NCBI RefSeq assembly: GCF_000621645.1
Contig: NZ_JHXR01000009.1
Span: forward strand, 120,001-152,000
Length of the DNA stretch: 32,000 nucleotides
Reading direction: 5' to 3'
DNA from: Vibrio cholerae ATCC 14035
GTDB lineage: Bacteria > Pseudomonadota > Gammaproteobacteria > Enterobacterales > Vibrionaceae
The notes below the pieces were generated by a model that saw nothing but the letters and a program-made list of their open reading frames with translations, had not been told where the DNA came from and ran no database searches. Of this stretch, positions 16,755 to 24,515 are shown piece after piece (position 1 is the stretch's first letter; every line of letters begins with the position of its first letter). The position numbers were made by a program, and so were the translations under genes.

Positions 16755-18089
16755 ATGGCAAGTGGTTCTAGAGGTCAGTTCACCTCTCGATTTGGATTTA
16801 TTATGGCTGCAGCGGGTTCTGCGGTGGGGCTTGGCAATGTGTGGGGCTTCCCAACTCAAGCTGCCAGTAATGGTGGTGCCGTTTTCCTTTTGGTTTATCT
16901 CTGTATGGTCTTTCTTCTCGCTTACCCGATGTTGGTGGCGGAGTTAACCATTGGGCGTTATGGTCAATCTAACCCGATACGTGCATTTCGCTCTGTTTGG
17001 CCGCAAGGCAAATGGGGTGCGATTTTGCTTGGTGTTATCGGCATGGTCGTGGTGTCACTTATCCTTAGCTTTTACGCCATCGTCGCAGGCTGGCTAGTTG
17101 GCTCCCTGTTTGGTAGTGGCTTAACGCTGATTGGTGCCGACAGTGCAAGTCAGTGGCTAACCTCGTTCAGTACTGAGCGAAATCTCATTCTGATGGTGTC
17201 ATTCATGGTATTGACCATGTTTGTGGTGCGTAACGGTGTCGCTAACGGGATTGAAAAATGGTCTACCCGTTTAATGCCACTGCTATTTGTTTTGTTTGGT
17301 TTACTGACGGTGTACATCTTCACTCAAGAGGGTGCTCTGGATGGACTCAAAATGTATCTGGTACCAGATTTGAGCCACTTTACGCCTGATGTTGTGGTTA
17401 GCGCGATGGGCCAAGCCTTCTTCTCGCTGTCACTGGGTGTATGCGTGATGACCACTTATGGCTCATACCTCAACAAAGAAGCAAATTTGCCGAAAACCGC
17501 AGCACAAGTGGCTTTGATTGATACTGGTGTCGCCTTCATTGCTGGCTTGATGGTACTGCCTGCCATGTTTGTTGCGAAACACAACGGTGTGGAGATTTTC
17601 TCTCCATCCGGTGAGTTACTCAATTCTGATACCTTAGTCTTTACCGTGTTACCTGCGATGTTTGACACCATGGGGGCGGTAGGTGCTGTGATTGGTATTA
17701 TCTTCTTCCTTTTGATGATCATTGCCGCATTGACTTCTTCAATATCTATGTTGGAAGTGCCCGTCGCTTGCGCAGTGGAAGAGTTACAGCAGAAACGATC
17801 TAGTGCGGTGTTATGGATTGGCGGTTTGGTCACGATCATTTCCGGTGTGATTGTGCTGAATTTTTCCAGCTTGTTTGGTTTAGTGATTAATTTCACCACG
17901 GTTTACTCGCAACCGATCATCGCACTTTTAATTACCTTGATTGCGGGTTGGATTTGGAATCGTAACCAGATCCTATCGGAGCTGAAACAAGGCTGCCCTG
18001 ACATTGAAAACAGCCTATTTTGGAAAATCTGGCCTTGGTATGTGCGTCTTGTCTGCCCGGTTCTGATGTTGATGGTATTTTTTGCTTAA
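16755..18089 (+). CDS. Sodium-dependent transporter, neurotransmitter:sodium symporter (NSS/SNF) family
   Basis: The ORF-track start at 16743 is a TTG, and the first ATG is at 16755. The NSS TM1 signature is present (GSAVGLGNVWGFP) with about 11-12 TM segments. No clear SD is visible. Confidence 0.85.
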   Translation: MASGSRGQFTSRFGFIMAAAGSAVGLGNVWGFPTQAASNGGAVFLLVYLCMVFLLAYPMLVAELTIGRYGQSNPIRAFRSVWPQGKWGAILLGVIGMVVVSLILSFYAIVAGWLVGSLFGSGLTLIGADSASQWLTSFSTERNLILMVSFMVLTMFVVRNGVANGIEKWSTRLMPLLFVLFGLLTVYIFTQEGALDGLKMYLVPDLSHFTPDVVVSAMGQAFFSLSLGVCVMTTYGSYLNKEANLPKTAAQVALIDTGVAFIAGLMVLPAMFVAKHNGVEIFSPSGELLNSDTLVFTVLPAMFDTMGAVGAVIGIIFFLLMIIAALTSSISMLEVPVACAVEELQQKRSSAVLWIGGLVTIISGVIVLNFSSLFGLVINFTTVYSQPIIALLITLIAGWIWNRNQILSELKQGCPDIENSLFWKIWPWYVRLVCPVLMLMVFFA

Positions 18090-18119
18090 TCGAAATATCA
18101 GAGAGATAGGTTTTACAGT

Positions 18120-18141
18120 AAAGCGGCTTTTCAGCCGCTTT
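18120..18141 (+). terminator. Intrinsic terminator after the NSS transporter gene
   Basis: AAAGCGGCT-TTTC-AGCCGCTTT is followed by ATCTTT. Confidence 0.75.
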
Positions 18142-18196
18142 ATCTTTAGGCTGAGAGGGTTTTAAGTATAATCACGTCGCAAAGTGAGGCGTATTT

Positions 18197-18904
18197 ATGT
18201 TTGATATTCTGTTTACCCATCCTGATTTTCTGCTTATCAATAAACACCCCAACGTATCGGTCCATAAAGATGATGGCGATACTATGTTGCTGCAAGAAGT
18301 GGCGACGCAAACAGGGGATGCCCAGCTCTATTTGGTGCATCGGTTGGATAAGATGACGTCAGGGATTTTGTTGTTGGCAAGAAATGCCACCTCGGCCAGT
18401 GAACTTTCGCAAGGCTTTGCTAAGCGCAAGGTTGAAAAATTCTATCTGGCGATTGGCAGTAAAAAGCCGAAGAAAAAACAAGGTTTGATTTGCGGAGATA
18501 TGGAGCGCTCACGTCGCTCATCATGGAAGCTGGTGAACTCGCAAGAAAATCCGGCGATCACGCAATTTTTCTCTGCGACCGCGGCACCGGGGGAGCGCTT
18601 GTTTTTGTGTAAGCCCCATACCGGAAAAACCCACCAAATTCGCGTAGCGTTAAAATCGATTGGTTCTGCGATTGTAGGGGATCCTATTTACAATACGGCG
18701 GATAAGTCCGATCGCGGTTATCTGCACGCTTTTGCCTTGCGTTTTACCTATCAAGGAGAGGTTTACCAATGGCAGTGCGATCCGCGTCAGTTTTCACACT
18801 TAGGTCAGAAATGGCACGAAGAAGCGGTGAGCCAAGGGATTGAAAATTGGCTATCACCTTGGGATTTACCTTGGCCAGCGCTGAAAGTGGGGGTGAAAGA
18901 GTAG
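18197..18904 (+). CDS. RluA-family pseudouridine synthase (no S4 domain)
   Basis: 235 aa with the catalytic motif LVHRLDKMTSGILLLA and the downstream motif KTHQIRVAL, both typical of the RluA/TruC family. The exact orthologue is not assignable by eye. Confidence 0.82.
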   Translation: MFDILFTHPDFLLINKHPNVSVHKDDGDTMLLQEVATQTGDAQLYLVHRLDKMTSGILLLARNATSASELSQGFAKRKVEKFYLAIGSKKPKKKQGLICGDMERSRRSSWKLVNSQENPAITQFFSATAAPGERLFLCKPHTGKTHQIRVALKSIGSAIVGDPIYNTADKSDRGYLHAFALRFTYQGEVYQWQCDPRQFSHLGQKWHEEAVSQGIENWLSPWDLPWPALKVGVKE

Positions 18905-18922
18905 GCGAGCGTTCTCATTGTG

Positions 18923-18954
18923 CCCTCAACGTATCGATCAACTCACGTTGAGGG
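18923..18954. terminator. Hairpin between the convergent pseudouridine synthase and ynjF-like genes
   Basis: CCCTCAACGT-12 nt-ACGTTGAGGG is a perfect 10-bp stem. Neither side has a clear U-tract. Confidence 0.4.
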
Positions 18955-18962
18955 TGCGAACT

Positions 18963-19583
18963 TTACCCTTGTTCGACGTGTTGCAAGGTTTGAAAACCGT
19001 AATAGATGCGTGTTGCCGTAGTAAACCAACAGGCAGCACCAAACAGCCAAGCTAGGGTTGAAAAAGAGTGAGGCAATAAACACATCAAGATGAAGCAGGC
19101 GATGGTTTCTGTGCCCTCTGTCAGACCGCTCATGTAATACAAGGATTTGTGCTGATACACCGGATTGGTGATGTTACGTTTACTGGCCATGACTGCAAAA
19201 GCAAGAAAGCTACTACCCGTCCCGATAAAGGCAAAAATCAAGAAAGCGCCCGCGACCGAGTTATGTTCTGGGTTTGCAAGGACAAAGCCAAACGGCACTA
19301 AAGAGTAGAACAGAAAGTCGAGGCTAATATCGAGAAATCCTCCCGCATCTGTCAGCCCTTGGCGGCGTGCGAGGGCACCATCCAGTCCATCGCAGATCCT
19401 ATTAACCACAATCAATAACAAGGCGAGCCAGTATTGCTGCATCGCAAGCGCAGGTAATGCTAATGCCCCAATCACAAAGCCAAATACCGTGGTTTGATTG
19501 GCGGTGACGCCCGCTTCATCCAGCAATCCTGCGGCTTGATGAAGTGGCCAGCGAATGATTTTTATCGCGTAGCGATCAAGCAT
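18963..19583 (-). CDS. ynjF: CDP-alcohol phosphatidyltransferase family membrane protein (YnjF-like)
   Basis: 206 aa with the complete family motif D(x2)DG(x2)AR(x7)G(x3)D(x3)D in CDGLDGALARRQGLTDAGGFLDISLD. It is colinear with the remembered E. coli YnjF (DAGGFLDISLDFLFY, GLTEGTETI). Its start overlaps the ynjD-like stop by 8 nt. Confidence 0.85.
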   Translation of the reverse strand: MLDRYAIKIIRWPLHQAAGLLDEAGVTANQTTVFGFVIGALALPALAMQQYWLALLLIVVNRICDGLDGALARRQGLTDAGGFLDISLDFLFYSLVPFGFVLANPEHNSVAGAFLIFAFIGTGSSFLAFAVMASKRNITNPVYQHKSLYYMSGLTEGTETIACFILMCLLPHSFSTLAWLFGAACWFTTATRIYYGFQTLQHVEQG

Positions 19584-20238
19584 GGTTTACCTCTGTTTCT
19601 TGCTCAATGACGGGCCATTCAATGACACGACTGCCCACTGGCACATCCTCATGGTCATGAGTGACCATAAGTGTTGGGATCCCTGCGCTGGTCAGCTGAT
19701 TGAAAACCCAATCTCGAAATTGGCTGCGTAAGGCTTTATCTAATTTACTGAAGGGTTCATCCAGCAGAACCAATTTAGGCTCGGCGAGCAGCATACGCAT
19801 CAAACTGATCCGTGCCCGTTGGCCACCGGAAATCTGCTCGGGAAACGAGCAAGCCAGCTCAGTGAGGGCAATTTTCGTTAAAGCGGCATAAGCGTTTTTC
19901 TTACGTTGTTCGCCTTTAATCGAATTCGGCAACGCAAACGCTAAGTTTTCCCACACATTGAGGTGTGGAAAAAGCCAATCTTCTTGAAAAAGCATGCCTA
20001 CTTGGCGTTGATGAGCCGGTAAGGTGTTGAGCTGCGTATCCCCAAGTTTCATCGAACCTTGAAACGTAAAATCCGTGGCGAGATGACCCGCAATCACGCT
20101 CAATAAGGTGGATTTGCCGCAGCCACTAGGGCCCATTAGGCTCACAATCTCGCCTTCTGCGATAGTCAAATTAAACTCTGCCAAAAGGCAGCGGCCATCT
20201 TGTTTATGGATGGCGAGGTTTTCGAGAGAAAATATCAT
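19576..20238 (-). CDS. ynjD: ABC transporter ATP-binding protein (YnjD-like)
   Basis: 220 aa with Walker A GPSGCGKST, signature ISGGQRARI and Walker B LVLLDEPF. It resembles the remembered E. coli YnjD. Confidence 0.85.
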   Translation of the reverse strand: MIFSLENLAIHKQDGRCLLAEFNLTIAEGEIVSLMGPSGCGKSTLLSVIAGHLATDFTFQGSMKLGDTQLNTLPAHQRQVGMLFQEDWLFPHLNVWENLAFALPNSIKGEQRKKNAYAALTKIALTELACSFPEQISGGQRARISLMRMLLAEPKLVLLDEPFSKLDKALRSQFRDWVFNQLTSAGIPTLMVTHDHEDVPVGSRVIEWPVIEQETEVNHA

Positions 20239-21904
20239 GAAATACCGTTGTCAATTGTGCTGCTCGGTAGCGGTGAATTTGCATGCGTCCGAGTAGCAGA
20301 GCTATTGAAAAGAACACAAAAGGCAGGAGTGCTTGGCAGAGGGCGTAAATGGCTGTCACTCGACGATCGTAACCGCTAGAAAGGGCAACGGCCTCTGTTG
20401 TGATAGTGGTTAAGCGTCCGCCGCCGAGCATCAAGGTCGGGAGATACTGCGCCAAACTGACACTGATCCCGACGGCCCACGCATAAAGCAGGGCAGGAAA
20501 CAGCAATGGCAATTTGATTTTCCAGAAAATTTGCCATTCGCTTTTACCTAAACTGCGCGCAATCTTTGAGAAATTCGAATTGTAGCTTTGCCAAGGTCCA
20601 CTTAAGGCTAAGTAAACTAAGGGAAATGCAAAAAATGTGTGTGCCCATACCACCCACCAAGTATAGGCTTGAGAAGCCATCAGCAGAGTCAAAACTTGAA
20701 TACCGAACAACAAGGAGAGCTGGGGCAGCAACATAGGTAACGCGATGATGTAAACCGGGATCGCCCGTTGAGTGTGCAGCCGATACTCTTGGGCAAGGAT
20801 GCCCAACAATAACGCTAAGCTACCGGAGCCAAGGGCAAGCAAAACGCTGGTTTCCATGTTGTGCAGGACATTCGGCCACTCGTCATACCAAAATTGTCCC
20901 GTCCATTGGGTTGGGAAGAGGTCTGGGAAGCGCCAGCGCTGTGCCAAACTCCAAATCAATGTGAGCGGAATCATGGCTCCTGAAATGGTGAACAAGAGCG
21001 TGAGTATGCTTTTGTGAGGCAAAGGAAAGTGAGAGCGACCGGAAGATTGCCACGCGCGATAGCCGCGAGTGAATAACCACTCAAGCGCAACAATCGCCAC
21101 TAACACGATGCTTGCGAGAAGTAATAGCACTACCGCACCAGAGGCGGCTCTGGGGAGTAGGTTCAAATCGGGTTCATTAAACCACTGCCAAACTAGGACT
21201 GAAAACGTTGGGGGAGTAGTCGGCCCTAACACTAAGCTGAAATCGACCACGGAAATAGCGTATGCGGCGACGGCAAACAAAGTAAAGCGGATTTTGCGCA
21301 GCCACTGCGGGAAAACAATCTTCCACCACATTTGTGGCTCCGAATAACCCAGTGAAGCACTGAGCATTTTCATCTTGGTTAAATTCAACTGCTGTAAAAT
21401 GGGCAAGCTGATCAACAGAATAAATGGCACTTCCTTCAGCGCCAGAGCGATAGTAAGGCCGATGGCGTAAGGGTCGTGCACCAACCACGTCACCTCATGC
21501 GAGTTGTCACGGAGTTCGAAGCCATAATAGAGCAGACGAGCCAACCACCCGGTCGAGGCAAACAAAGAAGCAAAACCGATCGCGAAGGCCACATGGGGTA
21601 AGGCAAGCAGGATAGATAAACTGTTTTCTATGCGCTTCCAGCGAGGATGAAACCAAAATCGCTGCAAAATGGCGAAGCTCATCAAGAGGGCAAGATAAGT
21701 GCTGAATAGGGTCGAAGTAACAGAAAGGAGCAAGGCGTATTCAACGCCTTGCCATTGCCAAACTTGACTAAAACCCTGCCAAGATACGTGGTGATGCCCA
21801 AGTACGGGCAGATAGCCTGAGGCTGAGATCAAGACTCCCGCCAACCCAGGTAGGATCGGCGCGACACAAAGCAAAATGAAACCCCAATAGGCAGTTCTAA
21901 GCAT
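20204..21904 (-). CDS. ynjC: ABC transporter permease with duplicated permease domains (YnjC-like; ThiP/iron(III)-type architecture)
   Basis: 566 aa with about 12 TM segments arranged as two tandem BPD-transporter domains. Its 3' end overlaps the ynjD-like start by 35 nt. Confidence 0.82.
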   Translation of the reverse strand: MLRTAYWGFILLCVAPILPGLAGVLISASGYLPVLGHHHVSWQGFSQVWQWQGVEYALLLSVTSTLFSTYLALLMSFAILQRFWFHPRWKRIENSLSILLALPHVAFAIGFASLFASTGWLARLLYYGFELRDNSHEVTWLVHDPYAIGLTIALALKEVPFILLISLPILQQLNLTKMKMLSASLGYSEPQMWWKIVFPQWLRKIRFTLFAVAAYAISVVDFSLVLGPTTPPTFSVLVWQWFNEPDLNLLPRAASGAVVLLLLASIVLVAIVALEWLFTRGYRAWQSSGRSHFPLPHKSILTLLFTISGAMIPLTLIWSLAQRWRFPDLFPTQWTGQFWYDEWPNVLHNMETSVLLALGSGSLALLLGILAQEYRLHTQRAIPVYIIALPMLLPQLSLLFGIQVLTLLMASQAYTWWVVWAHTFFAFPLVYLALSGPWQSYNSNFSKIARSLGKSEWQIFWKIKLPLLFPALLYAWAVGISVSLAQYLPTLMLGGGRLTTITTEAVALSSGYDRRVTAIYALCQALLPFVFFSIALLLGRMQIHRYRAAQLTTVFHDIFSRKPRHP

Positions 21905-21917
21905 GGTCTGACAACCG

Positions 21918-23066
21918 TTACTTTAAGCTATTACCGTAGCGCTTTTGCCATTCTGCTTCGAGCGCGCTTTGCCAACTTGGGTGCGGCTCAGCAATCGCAG
22001 GGAATAGGATGGTATTTTTGGCACTGCCTGTCAGAAACTGAGGTTTCAATATGGAAGGGTCGCCCCAAATAGACAAATCCCCTTTACGAGATTGTGCTTC
22101 GTCACTCAGGAGGAAATTAATCGCCACCAGCGCCCCTTCTTTTGCGTTAGCGTTCCAAGGAATTGCTAAGAAGTGGATATTGGTTAAAGCGCCCTTTTTC
22201 ATCGCATAGCTTTGCGCTGTCGGTGCGAGCTTGCCAGTAGCTTGCGCTGAAAATACCGCATTCGGGTTAAAGGTGATCGCGAGGTCTAGTTGACCATCAT
22301 CCAGCAGTTGCATCATCTGGGCAGAGCCAGCGGGAAACTGTTTGCCTTTGCGCCAAGCCACAGCATGCAATTCATCTAAGTATTGCCATAGTGGTTGGGT
22401 GAGCTGCTCAAATGTGGCAGGCTCTACGGCTTGATTGAGTTCTGGCGCATAGTGAGTCAGTTCGATCAGGGCTGCTTTCAAGAAGCTGGTACCATGAAAT
22501 TCAGGGGGCTGTGGGTAGCTAATGCGGTTTGGAAAAGCCTGCGCATAGCTGAGCAGCTCGGCAAATGAAGCCGGAGGATTGTTCACTTGCTGCTTATCAT
22601 GAATAAACACCAATTGTCCGACGCCCCAAGGCGCTTCTAAGCCTTCAGTTGGCTCGGAAAAATCGCTGTCAACGGGTAAGCTTTTGTCGACTTTCGGCCA
22701 GTTAGGTAAATCTTCGACAAATGGCCCGTAGAGTAACTGGTTGTTTTTCATTGATTTGAAGTTTTCACCGTTAATCCAAACCAAATCGACACTGCCTTGC
22801 TCATTTTTTCCTGCCGCTTTCTCTGCGATCAAACGGGTAGTCGTTTCGGCGATATCCGTTACTTTCACATGCTGCAAGGTGACGCCATAGCGGGATTTGA
22901 GTAGGTCAGCAGACCAGCGCAAGTAGCTATTAATCTCTTGGCTGCCACCCCAAGCATGGAAATAAACCGTTTGTCCGCGGGCTTTCTCGGTAGTCTCTTC
23001 CCATGATTGCGCAGAAACGCCAAATGAGAGGGCGCAGGTCGTGAGAAAAGTCAGCATTTTTTTCAT
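21918..23066 (-). CDS. ynjB: Periplasmic substrate-binding protein of an ABC importer (YnjB-like)
   Basis: 382 aa with Sec signal MKKMLTFLTTCALSFGVSAQS. It is a soluble protein of SBP size and the first gene of the four-gene minus-strand cluster. Confidence 0.8.
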   Translation of the reverse strand: MKKMLTFLTTCALSFGVSAQSWEETTEKARGQTVYFHAWGGSQEINSYLRWSADLLKSRYGVTLQHVKVTDIAETTTRLIAEKAAGKNEQGSVDLVWINGENFKSMKNNQLLYGPFVEDLPNWPKVDKSLPVDSDFSEPTEGLEAPWGVGQLVFIHDKQQVNNPPASFAELLSYAQAFPNRISYPQPPEFHGTSFLKAALIELTHYAPELNQAVEPATFEQLTQPLWQYLDELHAVAWRKGKQFPAGSAQMMQLLDDGQLDLAITFNPNAVFSAQATGKLAPTAQSYAMKKGALTNIHFLAIPWNANAKEGALVAINFLLSDEAQSRKGDLSIWGDPSILKPQFLTGSAKNTILFPAIAEPHPSWQSALEAEWQKRYGNSLK

Positions 23067-23203
23067 GAATTGTCCTTAAAATTTCGGCTTTACAGTATTT
23101 CTAGACCGGGTGAAAGATGCTTGTCTTTCATTATGAAGGAAAAAATTCAAAATGCTTGTTTTGCTTGCCTTAAGTGTGGCGAGGTCAGGATTAAATAGGG
23201 TGA

Positions 23204-23234
23204 AATAAAAACGGCAGCGATGTGCGCTGCCGTT
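23204..23234 (-). terminator. Intrinsic terminator after hslJ
   Basis: The minus strand reads AACGGCAGCG-CACAT-CGCTGCCGTT followed by TTTTATTTC. Confidence 0.8.
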
Positions 23235-23273
23235 ATCTTATGCCGACGTTAAGCTACCGCTCTGGGAAAAGCG

Positions 23274-23717
23274 TTATTTGACCCAGTCACGCAGGGTAAA
23301 CGTTAGCGTGTGAACATCGTTCTTCAGCGTCAGCGTCTCTTTGGTCAGGGTGATCTGGCTCCAGTCGGTCAAGGTTTGTGACACGGCTTGCTCCGTATCC
23401 ATGGCATCACCAATGCACATTTTCATGGTCATGCCCATTTTCTCAATGCGGAATTGGTTATCTTTGAGTTCAGCCTTACCAAAGAAGTTATTACAGCCGG
23501 CATTCCCGCTGGCCATCATCTGTTCACCGATCTCCAAACGTGGTGCTTGTTCGTGTTCGCTTTTCACCACATCTTTGCCATCAATTTGAGTCAGTTGCCA
23601 ATTATGGTGTTGAAGATCTTGAGCGGTAATCTGCACGGCATCACCATTGCTTGCACAAGCGGTCATCAATACAGGAAGGGTGATTGCGGCAAGTAATGAT
23701 TTTGAACTAAGCTTCAT
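23274..23717 (-). CDS. hslJ: HslJ-like META-domain lipoprotein (heat-shock protein HslJ)
   Basis: The ATG at 23717 is preceded by GGAGTG and gives MKLSSKSLLAAITLPVLMTAC, which has a lipobox. The META-domain region aligns with the remembered E. coli HslJ (LQHHNWQL, GEQMMASGNAGCNNFFG, MTMKMC). The ORF-track start at 23747 is an upstream extension. Confidence 0.85.
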   Translation of the reverse strand: MKLSSKSLLAAITLPVLMTACASNGDAVQITAQDLQHHNWQLTQIDGKDVVKSEHEQAPRLEIGEQMMASGNAGCNNFFGKAELKDNQFRIEKMGMTMKMCIGDAMDTEQAVSQTLTDWSQITLTKETLTLKNDVHTLTFTLRDWVK

Positions 23718-23863
23718 ATTATTCACTCCGAATGTGGAAACCCGCACAGTATAGTGAATAAAACACTGTTTTTGTCAGCATAAGGTCATGGTTTATATGA
23801 AACTTTGAACCTAGTCGCTTTATAAGCCACTACGAAGCCAGTAGAAAAGGATGTGATTCACCT

Positions 23864-24130
23864 ATGGAGCAATTGGAGTTTTTCAATATTGTCAGCCCTT
23901 GCATTGGGGTATGCAGTGTCGATGAGAAAGGCTATTGCAAAGGTTGTTTACGTAAGCGTGAGGAGCGTTTTGAGTGGCTGAGCATGACTCCTGCGCAGCA
24001 ATTACATGTGATTAAACTCTGTCGGCAACGTTATCGCCGTAAACAGCTGGAGGCGCGTGGTCAGAGCAAAACGGAAAATCTGAGCGAGAGTACAGTACCG
24101 CCGACTGACGCTCAGCAGACTCTGTTTTGA
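23864..24130 (+). CDS. ydhL: DUF1289 family cysteine-cluster protein (YdhL-like)
   Basis: 88 aa. MEQLEFFNIVSPCIGVCSVDEKGYCKGCLRKREERFEWLSM...LCRQRYRRK closely parallels the remembered E. coli YdhL (MAEQLEFFPVQSPCRGICQSDERGFCRGCFRSRDERFNW...). Confidence 0.85.
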   Translation: MEQLEFFNIVSPCIGVCSVDEKGYCKGCLRKREERFEWLSMTPAQQLHVIKLCRQRYRRKQLEARGQSKTENLSESTVPPTDAQQTLF

Positions 24131-24135
24131 CCTGT

Positions 24136-24351
24136 CTATTCAGACCACAAATCACTGACCCAACCTCCTACTTGATCATCGAAATGGTTGCCCGCAAATT
24201 TACGCGGTTCATTAGCACTCGGATCTTTTACTTGGGTCATCATTTCATAAATGTAGCGAGCCATGGGATCGCTGCAGCTTTCTACTTGTTGCTTACGAGT
24301 GGCGACCTCTCTTATCAGCTTTAGACGATAACTCTTGCTATTGCGTTTCAT
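24136..24351 (-). CDS. Hypothetical 71-aa protein (basic N-terminus, acidic Trp-containing C-terminus)
   Basis: The ATG at 24351 is preceded by GGAGG with a 7-nt spacer, whereas the ORF-track start at 24357 is a TTG. I recognise no family. It is convergent with ydhL, with 5 bp between the stop codons. Confidence 0.55.
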   Translation of the reverse strand: MKRNSKSYRLKLIREVATRKQQVESCSDPMARYIYEMMTQVKDPSANEPRKFAGNHFDDQVGGWVSDLWSE

Positions 24352-24373
24352 TGGCAAACCTCCAATTGTTGAG

Positions 24374-24401
24374 CGACTGAGTTTAAAAGTTAGAACTCAG
24401 T
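24374..24401 (-). terminator. Hairpin between the ABC-2 operon and the 71-aa ORF
   Basis: GACTGAGTT-10 nt-AACTCAGTC is a perfect 9-bp stem with no U-tract. It lies about 20 nt upstream of the SD of the 71-aa ORF, so it may be a terminator or a 5'-UTR structure. Confidence 0.35.
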
Positions 24402-24515
24402 CACACTATCGTCAATGGTCATTTGCCGTACATTTTCTAATGCTATTCTTGCGCTCTATTTCGCTATCTCGTTCATATTTTTCGGTGCTATCACTCTGTT
24501 TGCCCCAATAGAGGG

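Noticed and set aside
23067-23203. A possible TPP riboswitch upstream of the thiamine-type (YnjB-like) binding protein
   Set aside because: The minus-strand leader lacks the conserved CTGAGA and ACCTGATCTGGATAATGCCAGCG-like cores. I saw only a 7-bp inverted repeat (TGAAAGA/TCTTTCA) and an ATGCTTGT direct repeat, which are not enough to call anything.
24442-24491. Recurring GCTAT motifs at spacings of about 21-24 bp downstream of the ABC-2 operon
   Set aside because: The motif is short with only three exact copies and one imperfect copy, the spacing is irregular, and there is no symmetry. This is compatible with chance.
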